NCBI GenBank assembly: GCA_038230375.1
Contig: JBBRNJ010000010.1
Location: 32,001-96,000 of the forward strand
Direction of reading: 5' to 3'
Source: Polyangiales bacterium
GTDB taxonomy: Bacteria; Myxococcota_A; Polyangia; Polyangiales; Polyangiaceae
DNA: 64,000 nt
Made by a program: the position numbers and the translations under genes. Below the pieces are notes generated by a model. That model was given only the letters and a program-made list of their open reading frames with translations, was not told the DNA's origin and did not search any database. The first letter of the stretch is position 1, and each line of letters begins with the position of its first letter. This document shows positions 53,289 through 63,437 of this stretch, piece after piece.

Positions 53289-55187
53289 CTACGCCTTCTT
53301 CGCAGCTGCACGTGACTGTGCGATGAGCGCGATCGCGAACGAGCCAGTCCCGAGCAACATCGCCAGCGAAAACCACAGCGAGACTCGCTCGGGCCAGGCG
53401 CGCGTGGCCAGCGCGGCGGCGATGAATGGGACCACGCTGATCGCAAGCCTTCGCTCGACCGCAATCGCGCCAGCACCCAGCGACGCTGCCATCACCCAGA
53501 GGTCCACGAGCATCGCCGTCTCGACAGCACCGCCCGTCAGCGCGCACGCGGTCCGATCAAGAAGCCAGAACGCGAGAGCCATGAAGAAGAACGCGCCAAG
53601 CCGGCGGTTGAAGGCGCTCTTGAAAGCCCATCCGCGAATCGCGAAGGCGACACCACCAGTCAGGACCATCATGATCCCGACCATCGCGACTGACACCCAG
53701 ACATTGCGCTCGTCGGCCACGTTCGTATGAACCATGAAGGCGATGACGACACTGATGGCCGCCGCGCCCAGCACAACGGCGAGCCGCGGCACCAGACCGG
53801 CGCTCGGATCCACGTCTCGACCCAGCGCCTCCAGCCGTCCCGCCTCGCTCCGCTGGGCCATAAGGTTTGCGCGCACGTCCGCCACCCGCTTTTCGAGCGC
53901 GGCGTCTGGCACTGCGAGCTCGTCCAGCAAGGCGTCGGCACTGTCGACGTGGCCCTGACGCAGCTCGAGCTCCACGAGCGCGGTGACGGACTCGCGCGCC
54001 CCTGCGTTGGCTTCCTCGTGGGTCGGGTACGAGCGCAGGCACTGCGCGAAGCCAAACCGGGCCTCCGTGATCAGGCGGTATGCCGCCGTCAGGTTCGTGG
54101 GGGCAGCATCGGGAGGCGCGGAAACCATGAGCTCGCGGAAGGCGGAGAGCCGCTCACGTGCCGCGTCCGAGAGCTCCAGCGCCGCGCGGTTCTGCATGAA
54201 GGCGAGAATCACGTCTCGAAACTCCTCGGCCGACTGCGGTCGCTCGTCGGGCGCGCGCCTCGTGGCCCGGTTGCAGAGATCTGCGAGCTGCGAGGGAACG
54301 TCGGGCCCGTAGACCACCGCAGCGGATGCAAGGGCCGACTCTCCCGCTGCACGCAGATCGTGGTCGGCATGACGGAGCGCGCCCGTGAGCACGTTGTGAA
54401 GCATCGCGCCGAGCAGGTAGACATCCGTGCGCTCGTCCACGACGCCACCAAGAAACATCTCGGGAGCCATGAAGCCGGGGGTGCCAACCAGGAACGACTC
54501 CGCAGGCCCCTTCTTCGTCGCGATGCCCCAGTCGAGCAGGTAGACCTCGCCGAAGCGCCCGACCATCACGTTCGCAGGCTTGATGTCACGATGGATGACG
54601 CCGCGCGCGTGCGCGAAGTCCAGCGTGCGGCTCACCTGCAGGACGATCTCCAGCTTCGCGGTGAGGCGGTCGACATTCTTTCCCTGACGCCCGAGCCAGA
54701 TCGGATGGTCCGGCGCCGCCAGCAGCTCGCTGAAGTCCGCGCCTTCCACGCGCTTCATCACCAGCAGCGGCTGGCCACGCGAGTCCACGCCCAGCGCGTG
54801 AACAGGGACGACGCCCGGATGCTCGAGTGCACCCGTGGTGCGCGCTTCGCGAAGAAGCGCGAGTGCTAGCTGGTGGGGCGCGCCGTCCTTCAAGGTCTTG
54901 ACCGCAACGTCTCGCTCGAGCGATCGCTGGCGCGCAAGGTGGATGCGCCCCATGCCACCCTCGCCGAGGATGCTTGTCAGCGACAGGTCGCTAGCGGCGT
55001 TCTGCGGCGCCGTGGAGTCCATCTGAAGGGAGACATGCGGGAGCGCCGCCACGGCGATTGTCGCAGCGACCGCTTGCTCGAGCGAATCATGGCGAATCGT
55101 GTTCGCGAGCCATGCCGCGCCTGGTCCCGCAGGCAATTCGACCGTGGCAAGGCGTGTTTCGAGCATTCGTTCGTCGGACGCGGTCAT
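53289..55187 (-). CDS. Ser/Thr kinase with C-terminal multi-TM domain
   Basis: LGEGGMGRI, VAVK, HRDIKPAN, DWG, GTPGFMAPE; about 6 TM at the C-terminus. Confidence 0.92.
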   Translation of the reverse strand: MTASDERMLETRLATVELPAGPGAAWLANTIRHDSLEQAVAATIAVAALPHVSLQMDSTAPQNAASDLSLTSILGEGGMGRIHLARQRSLERDVAVKTLKDGAPHQLALALLREARTTGALEHPGVVPVHALGVDSRGQPLLVMKRVEGADFSELLAAPDHPIWLGRQGKNVDRLTAKLEIVLQVSRTLDFAHARGVIHRDIKPANVMVGRFGEVYLLDWGIATKKGPAESFLVGTPGFMAPEMFLGGVVDERTDVYLLGAMLHNVLTGALRHADHDLRAAGESALASAAVVYGPDVPSQLADLCNRATRRAPDERPQSAEEFRDVILAFMQNRAALELSDAARERLSAFRELMVSAPPDAAPTNLTAAYRLITEARFGFAQCLRSYPTHEEANAGARESVTALVELELRQGHVDSADALLDELAVPDAALEKRVADVRANLMAQRSEAGRLEALGRDVDPSAGLVPRLAVVLGAAAISVVIAFMVHTNVADERNVWVSVAMVGIMMVLTGGVAFAIRGWAFKSAFNRRLGAFFFMALAFWLLDRTACALTGGAVETAMLVDLWVMAASLGAGAIAVERRLAISVVPFIAAALATRAWPERVSLWFSLAMLLGTGSFAIALIAQSRAAAKKA

Positions 55188-55256
55188 GCACCGAAGATAC
55201 CCCGGTCACGAGGAACGCGCATGGACGAGCCCATCAACTGGCCGTACGCTCGGTTC

Positions 55257-56969
55257 GTGACGTTCCTCTATGGCGACTCCACGATGGCTCCCTTCGACGA
55301 GAACTTTCTCGAGGCGCTCCGCGACGCCATGGACTTCGCGGCGGCGATCGCAGAGTCCGATGAGAAGATCGTCACCGCCGACGCGCGCAAGCTGGCCTGC
55401 ACCCAGGCTGCCGACGCCGAGGCCGCGCGCCTGGAAGGTCTCGCGCGCGCCATGCTCGACGCAGCGTCCGGCGCGGAGAAGGGTCAGGCGAGCTCGCCCA
55501 CGAACGCGCTTGCAGCGGCGCTCACCGCGGTGGTGTCGGAGCGCCACCGCGACGCGACGCTGGCAGTGACGGCGAAGCTGACGGAGGATGTTCGCGCGAT
55601 CGACGTGGCGGCGCTCAACGCTCAGAGCCGATACCGCGACGCGCTCGAGGTCTACCTGCTGCTGCGGGAGCCTCCCGACGCCCAGAGCCAGCTCACGCTC
55701 ACGCTCACTTCGGGTGGCAAGAATGACGATCACTACGACGCGGCGACGACAGGCTGGTCGGACCTTGGCCTCACGTGGGAGATCGAGCATGCCGTGCCCG
55801 AAGGTGGGCCATGGTCGAAGGCGGTACGCGTGGACCGCGTGCTCGCAGATGGTCTCTCGATAAAGGCCCCGCAGAAGTCGGGGCTCATCAAGAAGGAGGT
55901 GAAGGTCAAGAAGCAGAAGCTCGACCGACATCTCGTCACGAAGCTGGTCGACGACGGCAGCACGCTGTTCATCGAGCTGCGGACGGAGCTCGGCGGGGAC
56001 ACGGGCCTGGATCTTTCGGTGCAACTCGAGAACCGCGTGACTGCCGCGCGGGTTGGTCCGGAGGGCGAGATGGGAATCGGCCCCTTCGACGTCGACCCCG
56101 GCGACATCGGCCCGCTCGTTTCCTTCGCCGAGAAGCTCCGGGAGACGTCTCTCGCGCTTCCGCGGAAGCGGCTTGTGTCCGCGCTCTTCGATGGTGCGCC
56201 GTTCGACGGCAGCGCAGCGGAGCATCAGCCGAAGCTCGTGGCGATCGTGTCCAGGCTCGTCGCGAAGCTGGCGCCAGTCGTCGCGGAGATCGCGGCGCGC
56301 TCGCGTGCAGACGACGAGCTGGTCCTGCGGCGCTCGCTGCGCGATGGTCACCGCGAGGAGATTTTCCTGCCGAAGGGGATGCTCCGCGGCAAGCTCGGCT
56401 CACTGGGTACCGCCCACGCCGAGCTGTTCGCGCCTCTCCGCCTGGAGGCGCCAGCGAAGGTCCCGGTGCCATTCTCGGCGAATGAGCCGCCGACCATACC
56501 CACCGTGCGCTCCAAGGTGGCGTCGTCGATCCCGGTGCCCACCGGCGGCCTCTCGCGCCCCGCGCTCCTCGTGAAGCGCGCCGTGCCCGCGCCGCAGCCA
56601 GAAGCGCCGCGAGCGGAAACGGACTACGTCGCGTTGTTCTCGAGCGCTGCGTTCGCCACGCGAAGCGTCGACGATCGGCGCGAGGCCCTGCGGAAGATGA
56701 TCTTCGCGGAGCCCTCACCCCAGCCAGGCGATGAGATGCGCAGCGCCCATCAGGCGGCGGTTGCAGCGCTCCAGCTCCTGATCGTGGAGCACCGCGATCC
56801 AGCCGACTACGAGATGCTCGGGCTCGCGTACAACGCCATCGGCGAAACCGGACAGGCGACCGAGATCTGGAAGAAGGCGCTCGACCTGGAGCGAGCGCGA
56901 AACCCCGAATCCGACCTGTGCTCAAGCTTGCAACGGCGCGTAGGCCCCCCGGCAGCCAGCGGGACTTGA
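55257..56969 (+). CDS. Hypothetical protein with C-terminal TPR
   Basis: TACGCT-N6-GTG; TFLYGDST; YEMLGLAY...ALDLE. Confidence 0.75.
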   Translation: MTFLYGDSTMAPFDENFLEALRDAMDFAAAIAESDEKIVTADARKLACTQAADAEAARLEGLARAMLDAASGAEKGQASSPTNALAAALTAVVSERHRDATLAVTAKLTEDVRAIDVAALNAQSRYRDALEVYLLLREPPDAQSQLTLTLTSGGKNDDHYDAATTGWSDLGLTWEIEHAVPEGGPWSKAVRVDRVLADGLSIKAPQKSGLIKKEVKVKKQKLDRHLVTKLVDDGSTLFIELRTELGGDTGLDLSVQLENRVTAARVGPEGEMGIGPFDVDPGDIGPLVSFAEKLRETSLALPRKRLVSALFDGAPFDGSAAEHQPKLVAIVSRLVAKLAPVVAEIAARSRADDELVLRRSLRDGHREEIFLPKGMLRGKLGSLGTAHAELFAPLRLEAPAKVPVPFSANEPPTIPTVRSKVASSIPVPTGGLSRPALLVKRAVPAPQPEAPRAETDYVALFSSAAFATRSVDDRREALRKMIFAEPSPQPGDEMRSAHQAAVAALQLLIVEHRDPADYEMLGLAYNAIGETGQATEIWKKALDLERARNPESDLCSSLQRRVGPPAASGT

Positions 56970-56995
56970 GGCGTCGGGAAGGCTATTCTTCCCGC

Positions 56996-57637
56996 GTGGA
57001 CCCGAAACGCCGCTCCGAGAAAGAGCTCCTGGAGCTCACGGCCCGAACGCTTGCGCACTACCAGAAGAACGCTGCGTCGTTCGCCGAGGCGACTGCGCTT
57101 CACGACGTATCGCAGAACTACGCGGCGCTCCTTGGTGCCATCAAGACGTCGCCGCCGTCTCGCATCCTCGATCTCGGGTGTGGTCCCGGCCGCGACCTTG
57201 CGTGGTTCAAGTCGCAGGGCCACGAGGCGGTGGGCCTGGACGGTTCGCTCGCCTTCGTCGAGATGGCGCGCAAGGCCACGGGCTGCACGGTCCTTCACCA
57301 GAACTTCCTGGCGCTGGAGCTCCCGCCCGCGCACTTCGACGGTGTGTTCGCCAACGCCTCGCTCTTCCACGTACCCGTTCAGGAGCTCCCACGCGTGCTG
57401 CGCGAGCTCCACGACGCGCTGGTGTCGGGCGGCGTTCTGTTCTCCTCCAATCCGCGCGGACTCGACACCGAGGAGCAGAACGGGGAGCGCTTCGGTGCGT
57501 TCCACACGCTCGAATCGTGGCGCGTCTTCGTGGAGGGCGCCGGCTTCACGGAGGTTGCGCACTACTACCGTCCGGCCGGAAAACCGCGCGAGGAGCAGCC
57601 GTGGCTCGCGACCGTGTGGCGCGCGCTTCAGAGGTAG
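56996..57637 (+). CDS. Class I SAM-dependent methyltransferase
   Basis: ILDLGCGPGRD, FDGVFANASLFHVP. Confidence 0.92.
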   Translation: MDPKRRSEKELLELTARTLAHYQKNAASFAEATALHDVSQNYAALLGAIKTSPPSRILDLGCGPGRDLAWFKSQGHEAVGLDGSLAFVEMARKATGCTVLHQNFLALELPPAHFDGVFANASLFHVPVQELPRVLRELHDALVSGGVLFSSNPRGLDTEEQNGERFGAFHTLESWRVFVEGAGFTEVAHYYRPAGKPREEQPWLATVWRALQR

Positions 57638-58269
57638 CCACGCTCCAGCGCCTTGAGGACCGCGCGCGTGCGGTCCCGTACGCCGAGCTTGGAGAGAATG
57701 TTCGACGTGTGGTTCTTCACCGTGCCCTCGGCCACGCCCAGGGCGTCGGCGATCTCGCGGTTGCTCATTCCCGCAGCGATGAGCCGCAGGATCTCGATCT
57801 CGCGCTCCGTCAAGGGATCCGCCGCTCCGTCCAGCGCATCGAAGTCCAGTCCCTCGTCGCGGACACGGTCACGTGCGCGCGCGCTGGTGGCCTTGATCAG
57901 GGTCTTCCCGGCGGCCACTGCGCGAACGGCCTCCGCGAGCTCCTCCAGCTCCACGTCCTTCAACAAGAATCCCGCGATGCCGGCAGCGATGCCCTCGCGC
58001 AGCGCCTCGTCGTCGTCGAATGTGGTGAGGAGGATCGTTGGCGGCGCGAAGCCTGCGGCCTTGCACCGACGTAGTGCCTCGATGCCGCTGCATCCCGGCA
58101 TGCGTACGTCGAACAGCGCCACGTCAGGCCGTGCGCTCGCGACCTTGCGAACGGCCTCTTCGCCGCCCGTGGCCTCCTCGACGACGCGAATGTCCGCGGT
58201 CAGATCGAGCAAACCGCGGATGCCCTTCCTCACGAGCGCCTGATCGTCCGCCAGCACGATCCGGATCAT
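57628..58269 (-). CDS. NarL/LuxR-family response regulator
   Basis: LADDQ, DVRMP, LTEREIEIL...SNREIA...TVKNH...DRTRAV. Confidence 0.95.
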   Translation of the reverse strand: MIRIVLADDQALVRKGIRGLLDLTADIRVVEEATGGEEAVRKVASARPDVALFDVRMPGCSGIEALRRCKAAGFAPPTILLTTFDDDEALREGIAAGIAGFLLKDVELEELAEAVRAVAAGKTLIKATSARARDRVRDEGLDFDALDGAADPLTEREIEILRLIAAGMSNREIADALGVAEGTVKNHTSNILSKLGVRDRTRAVLKALERGYL

Positions 58270-59429
58270 GCGCTCGCCTCTTCGTTCGGCAGCGTGGCGC
58301 GCATCGTGAGCCCGCCGCCGTGCTGCGAGTCGATCACGAGCGTTCCCTTCACCTCGGCGAGACGCTCCTCCAGGCCCAAGAGCCCGCTGCCCTTCGCGAG
58401 CGCGCTCGAGCCCACGCCGTCGTCGCGGACGGTGAGTACGATGCCGTCGTCATCCACCACCTCGATCCAGACGTGCTTCGCGTTCGAATGGCGGAGCGCG
58501 TTCGTCAACGCCTCCTGCGCACATCGAAAGATGGCGTGTGCGCGCGCGGGGTCGGACAGGCGGAGCGAGCGCGGCAGCTTGAGCGTCACCTCGGGCTCGG
58601 TGATGCCGGCACACAGCGCGCGGAGGGCGGCGCCAAGGTCCACGCTGGCCTCCGAGCGCATCGTGCGCACCAGGCCTCGTACCTCTGCCAGCGTGCTCTT
58701 CACGGCTGCCTGCGCTGCGCTCAATGCTTCCTGCTTCGCTCCGGAGGCTTTGGCCTCGTTCGCGTCGCCCGCGCGCGCCGCCAGCTGGAGATGAAGGCTC
58801 GCCGCCGTCAATCCGTGGCCGATCGCATCGTGCACCTCGCGCGCAACCCGCATGCGCTCACCAGCCTTCGCGTCGTCCGCGAGCAGCGACTGCGTGGCGT
58901 AGAGCTCCGCGTTCACGCGCGCGAGCGCCTTTCGCGCCGTCGCCTCGCGCTCGCGAAGGTGCAACACGAGAAGCGCGAACAGCGCGAATGTCGCGTACTC
59001 CCCTGTGGCCTTCGCGGCGCCCGGCACGCCGTGCGAAGGCAGCACCATGGGGAAGAGCACCGCGGCCTGCACGATATCCCACGCGAGCGCACGCCCTGGC
59101 TTCATCAGCGACGGCGCCTGCGCGGACACCAGCGCGAACGCCGCGCCCTCGAAGTGGGGCATCCCCAGGAAGCAGAGGAGCACGGCGACCGCCGATTGAT
59201 AGAGGAGCAGCGCGCGCCGCCGCTCGAGCGACACACGAGGGGACGTCGCGAGCAGCAACGCCGCGGCGAACGATGCGTACGCGACACACCACACCACGGG
59301 ATGCCCCGACCCCACGTCGCCGGGCGCGCTCCGCAGAAGCGTCCACGAAGGCGAACCAACGACGAGCCACACGACGAGCCCCACGAGGCGTAGGAAGTCG
59401 TCGAGAAGCCTCCCCGCGCGCGAAACCAT
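58266..59429 (-). CDS. HisKA_3 (DesK-type) membrane histidine kinase
   Basis: About 5 TM; ERMRVAREVHDAIGH, QEALTNALRH, DDGVG, GSGLLG. Confidence 0.92.
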   Translation of the reverse strand: MVSRAGRLLDDFLRLVGLVVWLVVGSPSWTLLRSAPGDVGSGHPVVWCVAYASFAAALLLATSPRVSLERRRALLLYQSAVAVLLCFLGMPHFEGAAFALVSAQAPSLMKPGRALAWDIVQAAVLFPMVLPSHGVPGAAKATGEYATFALFALLVLHLREREATARKALARVNAELYATQSLLADDAKAGERMRVAREVHDAIGHGLTAASLHLQLAARAGDANEAKASGAKQEALSAAQAAVKSTLAEVRGLVRTMRSEASVDLGAALRALCAGITEPEVTLKLPRSLRLSDPARAHAIFRCAQEALTNALRHSNAKHVWIEVVDDDGIVLTVRDDGVGSSALAKGSGLLGLEERLAEVKGTLVIDSQHGGGLTMRATLPNEEASA

Positions 59430-59538
59430 CGTCGCCCGAGGTACTACGCGCCGTCCCCACGGTCCAGCGCAGCGCTTTTTTCGGGACCCATGACTTTCGG
59501 CACATGTGACGTTTCGGGTCGATTCGTAGGGTGGGCGC

Positions 59539-60012
59539 ATGAAAACAACTCGCTCGCTCCTTTCCTGCCTCCTGACGGCCCTCCTTCTTCTTGCCTTCGC
59601 GAAGAACGCCCGTGCGGACGACGCGCAGCCCGCGCAGACCTCCGGCGCAGCGGAGGTACGACCCCCGCAGAGCCCCGTGGGCGCCCAGCCATGGCAGCGC
59701 CGCAGCACGCCGCTGGTCGTCGGTGGGGTCACGGGCGTCGTCGTTGGCGTCCCGTGGACGCTGCTCGGCGGTACGGTGACCGCGCTGTGCCTTACTACGG
59801 CGCGTGGCAACCTCGATCCGCGGGCACCTGCGGACCAGGGGCACTGCTATTCGACGGTGGGCTTCACGTTGGCCGGGCTCGGCCTCGTCTCCGGGGGCAT
59901 CATCGGGATCTTGTACGGCTCGCAGCGCGTGCCCGTCACGGAGGAGCGATCGTCGCTCGTGCCCAGCGTCGCGATCGGCCCGCGTTCTGGCTCACTCACG
60001 TGGCAGTTTTGA
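59539..60012 (+). CDS. Exported Gly-rich hypothetical protein
   Basis: Signal ARA|D; hydrophobic hairpin with a Cys pair; ends in WQF. Confidence 0.75.
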   Translation: MKTTRSLLSCLLTALLLLAFAKNARADDAQPAQTSGAAEVRPPQSPVGAQPWQRRSTPLVVGGVTGVVVGVPWTLLGGTVTALCLTTARGNLDPRAPADQGHCYSTVGFTLAGLGLVSGGIIGILYGSQRVPVTEERSSLVPSVAIGPRSGSLTWQF

Positions 60013-60053
60013 GCGTAGTGTCCGCATTCCTGCGGGCGGAAAGGCAAGCAGCC

Positions 60054-61079
60054 ATGAGGTTCTGGAAATTCACGCATATCGGTGCGCTCGCGCTCATGCT
60101 GGCGAGCTGCAACGGTGATCTCGATCCGAACGCACCGGCGTGGCAGCAGATCTCCACCGGTACGCTGTCGGCGCGCTGGGGGCAGGTCGCGGTGGATGAT
60201 CAGCGCCGTGATCGCATGCTCGTCTTCGGCGGTGATGACGGCAGCGCCTCGAACGCGCAGCTGGGCGATCTCTGGGCGCTCGACCTCACTGCGCTCACGT
60301 GGGACAAGCTTCACGTGCAGGCGGGCGCGGCGCCGTCTCCCCGCACGGACCTCGCGAGCGCGCTCGATCTCTTGCGCGACCGATGGATCATCATGGGTGG
60401 GCGCGTGGGTCTCGGCACCTCGATCGGCGAGACCTGGGCCCTGGACCTGAAGACGCTCGCGTGGAAGCAATTGCCGGATCTGCCCACGGCACGTCATGAC
60501 GTCCCCGCCACCACGGATGGCGGGCGCGCATGGGTGTTCGGCGGCGCAGGCGTGCTGTTCCAGTCGCTGGACGATCTGTGGGAGCTCGACTTCGCCACGG
60601 ACACGTGGACGCAGCTGCCGGACGACGGTGTGCGCCCACCCGCGCGCGGCTCCAGCTCGCTCGCGTACTCGAGCGGCTCCATCTACATGTTCGGCGGGCA
60701 TGACGTGGCCGTCGTCCATCGCGACGCATGGCGCTACGATCTCGCAAAGAAGCGCTGGTTCCAGCTCGAACCAGGCGGCGCTCCGGTCGCGGGCGCGCAT
60801 TTCGGCTATGCGACCGATCCGATCTGCAACGAGCTCTTCCTGTCCGGTGGCGACAACCTGGACAACTTCGATGTGGCGTTCACGGATCGGCTCGTGCTCG
60901 GTGGCTCGCCTCGGTTCGCCCGCGTGCACACGTCTGCCATGCCACCTCCACGCGATCACGCCTCGCTCATCGTGGACGGCGGTCACCGGCGCCTCGTGCT
61001 CCTTGGTGGCGGCTCCCTGGGTGACGGACTGGGGCTGCGCGGCGATGCATGGATATATCCGCTGGGAGCGTGCCCGTGA
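60054..61079 (+). CDS. Kelch-repeat lipoprotein
   Basis: LASC lipobox; repeated FGG...DLW.LD...W. Confidence 0.9.
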   Translation: MRFWKFTHIGALALMLASCNGDLDPNAPAWQQISTGTLSARWGQVAVDDQRRDRMLVFGGDDGSASNAQLGDLWALDLTALTWDKLHVQAGAAPSPRTDLASALDLLRDRWIIMGGRVGLGTSIGETWALDLKTLAWKQLPDLPTARHDVPATTDGGRAWVFGGAGVLFQSLDDLWELDFATDTWTQLPDDGVRPPARGSSSLAYSSGSIYMFGGHDVAVVHRDAWRYDLAKKRWFQLEPGGAPVAGAHFGYATDPICNELFLSGGDNLDNFDVAFTDRLVLGGSPRFARVHTSAMPPPRDHASLIVDGGHRRLVLLGGGSLGDGLGLRGDAWIYPLGACP

Positions 61080-61735
61080 GCGCGCGCGGAGCCGTTCGCA
61101 CGCTAGCTCGCGTGCTCGCGTGGTCGGTGGCGCTTCTCCCCCTCGCGGGCTGCTACTCGTTCTCCAACTTCGGGCGCGCACGCGTGGTGGATGAAGGGCA
61201 CGTGGAAGCGTGGGTTGCGCCCGAGGCGCTCATGGCGACCAGCGGCAGCGGCATGTCCATCCGGCCCATCGCTGACATGGGTGTCCGTTACGGCCTCACG
61301 CGCTCTGTCGAGCTGGATGCACGCGTGACGTCTGCCGGGGGAGCCCTGGGGCCAAAGCTGCAGCTCTTGCGAGCACCCTCGCGTTCGTCGGGACTGGATC
61401 TGGCGCTCGCGCCCGCGCTGTCGTTCACGTACGCGGACAAGGTGGCAGCGGAGCTCCCGCTCCTTCTGGGCATCAACCTGCCGCACAGGAACCAGCTCGT
61501 ACTGGCGCCACGCGTCGCCTACCTGCAGCGCTTCGGCGTGCCCGGCTTCGATCGGCCAGTGAGCTTTGCATTCGTGGGCGGTTCGCTCGGCTTCGCATGG
61601 TCCGTCACGCCCAGCTTCACGCTCATGCCGGAGCTGTCGTTCCTGACGCAGCTCTATGCCGAGCCTGGGTTCAACAGCAACGTGGGCGGGGGCCTGGGCA
61701 TGCAGGGCGGCATCGGCTTCCTGTACGACCTCTGA
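61076..61735 (+). CDS. Lipoprotein with OM beta-barrel-like strands
   Basis: LAGC lipobox; GVRYGL; terminal GIGFLYDL; GTGA overlap. Confidence 0.75.
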   Translation: MSARGAVRTLARVLAWSVALLPLAGCYSFSNFGRARVVDEGHVEAWVAPEALMATSGSGMSIRPIADMGVRYGLTRSVELDARVTSAGGALGPKLQLLRAPSRSSGLDLALAPALSFTYADKVAAELPLLLGINLPHRNQLVLAPRVAYLQRFGVPGFDRPVSFAFVGGSLGFAWSVTPSFTLMPELSFLTQLYAEPGFNSNVGGGLGMQGGIGFLYDL

Positions 61736-61747
61736 GTCTACGCGCGA

Positions 61748-62374
61748 TCAGCGGCGAATCAGGCCGTGCTCCTCGCGGATGGCTGCGTTCTTGGCCTCTG
61801 CACGCACGAGCGCCGGACGCGCGGCAAGGCGATCCATGTATGCGGAGAACGAGGGCCGCGCCTCGATCATCTTGAAGCCGACCATGAAGCGCAGCGTGCC
61901 GCCCAGGATCACGTCGGCCATGGAGAACGAATCACCCAGGACCCAGTCCTTGCCAACGATCGCGCTCTCGATGGACGCGAGCATCGCATCGTGCGCGCCC
62001 CACCCAGCCTGACCTTCCTTGTACGTCCAGCCCGCGCCCTTTGCCATTGCGCCCGGCTCGATGACGGACGGCGCGAAGAGCGACCAGCGCAGGTAGGCGC
62101 CGCGCTTCGGGTCATCGGCCTTGGGCGCGAGTGTTCCGTACGAGTGACGATCCGCCAGGTAGAGCCCGATGGCCGCGGACTCGGTGACGACGACGTCGCC
62201 CTCCGTGAGGATCGGCAGCTTGCCCATGGGGTTCAGCGAAAGGATGTCGGCGCTCTTCTGCGCGCCCTTCATCAGGTCGATGAAGCGGACCTCGTAGGGG
62301 ACGCCGACCTCCTCGAGCATCCAGACGACGGTAGCCGCGCGAGAAAACGGGTGATGGTAGAGGACGATCGACAT
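61748..62374 (-). CDS. Glutathione S-transferase
   Basis: SRA..V.WMLEE, NPMGKLP, ESAAI, FSMADV. Confidence 0.93.
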   Translation of the reverse strand: MSIVLYHHPFSRAATVVWMLEEVGVPYEVRFIDLMKGAQKSADILSLNPMGKLPILTEGDVVVTESAAIGLYLADRHSYGTLAPKADDPKRGAYLRWSLFAPSVIEPGAMAKGAGWTYKEGQAGWGAHDAMLASIESAIVGKDWVLGDSFSMADVILGGTLRFMVGFKMIEARPSFSAYMDRLAARPALVRAEAKNAAIREEHGLIRR

Positions 62375-62409
62375 GGGACTCCGCCTTTCGGAGGGCGCGA
62401 GTGTACCAG

Positions 62410-62958
62410 CTATGCGGAGAGCAGTCGCGCTTCCACGAGCTCCGACTCCATGACCTTGTCGCCAACGGTGACGTAGAGCTTCCCGTCGTTCCGTGCGATC
62501 TCGAGCTTGAGCCGCCGAGCCATCTGGTCACCAAGCGCATCCAGAAACGCACCGTCGAGCAACCACACGACGATGTCATCGATCTTGTGGATCGGGCGAG
62601 TTGCGGCCTCGCGCTGCAGCGACGCGAGCGATGCGTGACTGAACAGCACGACGCGCCCCGCCGCCTTCGAAGCCTTGTGCAGGCGCTCGGCGGAAGGGGA
62701 GCCCACGTCGATCCACGCAAGGCGCAGGCCCGTCGGATCGTGAATGGACACAGGCGGCTCGTCCGTGTCGGACAGGCCGCCCTTGCTGAACGCGATGCCA
62801 TCCTCGTACGAGAGGCAATAGGCGAACGTGCGCGTCAGCATGTAGCGCATGCTCTCCGACGGATGACGCGCGATGCGAAGGTCCAGCGCCTCGTAGACGG
62901 AGCGGTCCACGTCCGACAGCGTCACTTCGAGATGGTAGATCGTCGGGGACTCGGCCAT
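62410..62958 (-). CDS. yaeQ: YaeQ family protein
   Basis: LSDVDRSVY, ARHPSES, FSKGGLSDTDEP, WIDVGSP..ERLHKASK. Confidence 0.9.
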   Translation of the reverse strand: MAESPTIYHLEVTLSDVDRSVYEALDLRIARHPSESMRYMLTRTFAYCLSYEDGIAFSKGGLSDTDEPPVSIHDPTGLRLAWIDVGSPSAERLHKASKAAGRVVLFSHASLASLQREAATRPIHKIDDIVVWLLDGAFLDALGDQMARRLKLEIARNDGKLYVTVGDKVMESELVEARLLSA

Positions 62959-63005
62959 GGGTCGCCACTTCACCACGGCAGCCGCGCAAAGTATTGCGCC
63001 GTCGC

Positions 63006-63061
63006 TTGACGAGAGCCGCTCCACGTTGTATTCAACCTGTAGGTTGTAAACCATTGGGTTT
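63006..63061 (+). promoter_or_regulatory. Promoter with a double ArsR-type operator
   Basis: TTGACG -35; palindromes CAACC-N4-GGTTG (63033-63046) and AAACC-N4-GGTTT (63048-63061). Confidence 0.7.
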
Positions 63062-63068
63062 AATAAAG

Positions 63069-63437
63069 ATGACCACGAACGATCTCAGCGCCACGTTCTC
63101 TGCCCTAGCGGACGCCACGCGTCGCGACATCCTCGCCCGCCTCGCCACCGGTGATGCCACGGTGAACGAGCTCGCAGAGCCCTACGACATGAGCCTTGCC
63201 GCAGTCTCGAAGCACCTCAAGGTGCTCGAGGGGGCCGGCCTCATCTCGCGGGGGCGCGATGCGCAGTGGAGACCCTGTCATCTGGAGGGCAAGCCGCTGC
63301 GCGAGGTCGCGGAGTGGGCCATGGGCTACGAGCGCTTCTGGGCCCGCAACCTGGACAGCCTCGGTGCGTACCTGGAAAAGCTCAAACGAACGGCCGCGCC
63401 GCACACGACGAAAAAGAAGAGGAGAACTTCCCGATGA
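63069..63437 (+). CDS. ArsR-family regulator
   Basis: FSALADATRRDIL, VSKHLKVLEGAGLI. Confidence 0.93.
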   Translation: MTTNDLSATFSALADATRRDILARLATGDATVNELAEPYDMSLAAVSKHLKVLEGAGLISRGRDAQWRPCHLEGKPLREVAEWAMGYERFWARNLDSLGAYLEKLKRTAAPHTTKKKRRTSR

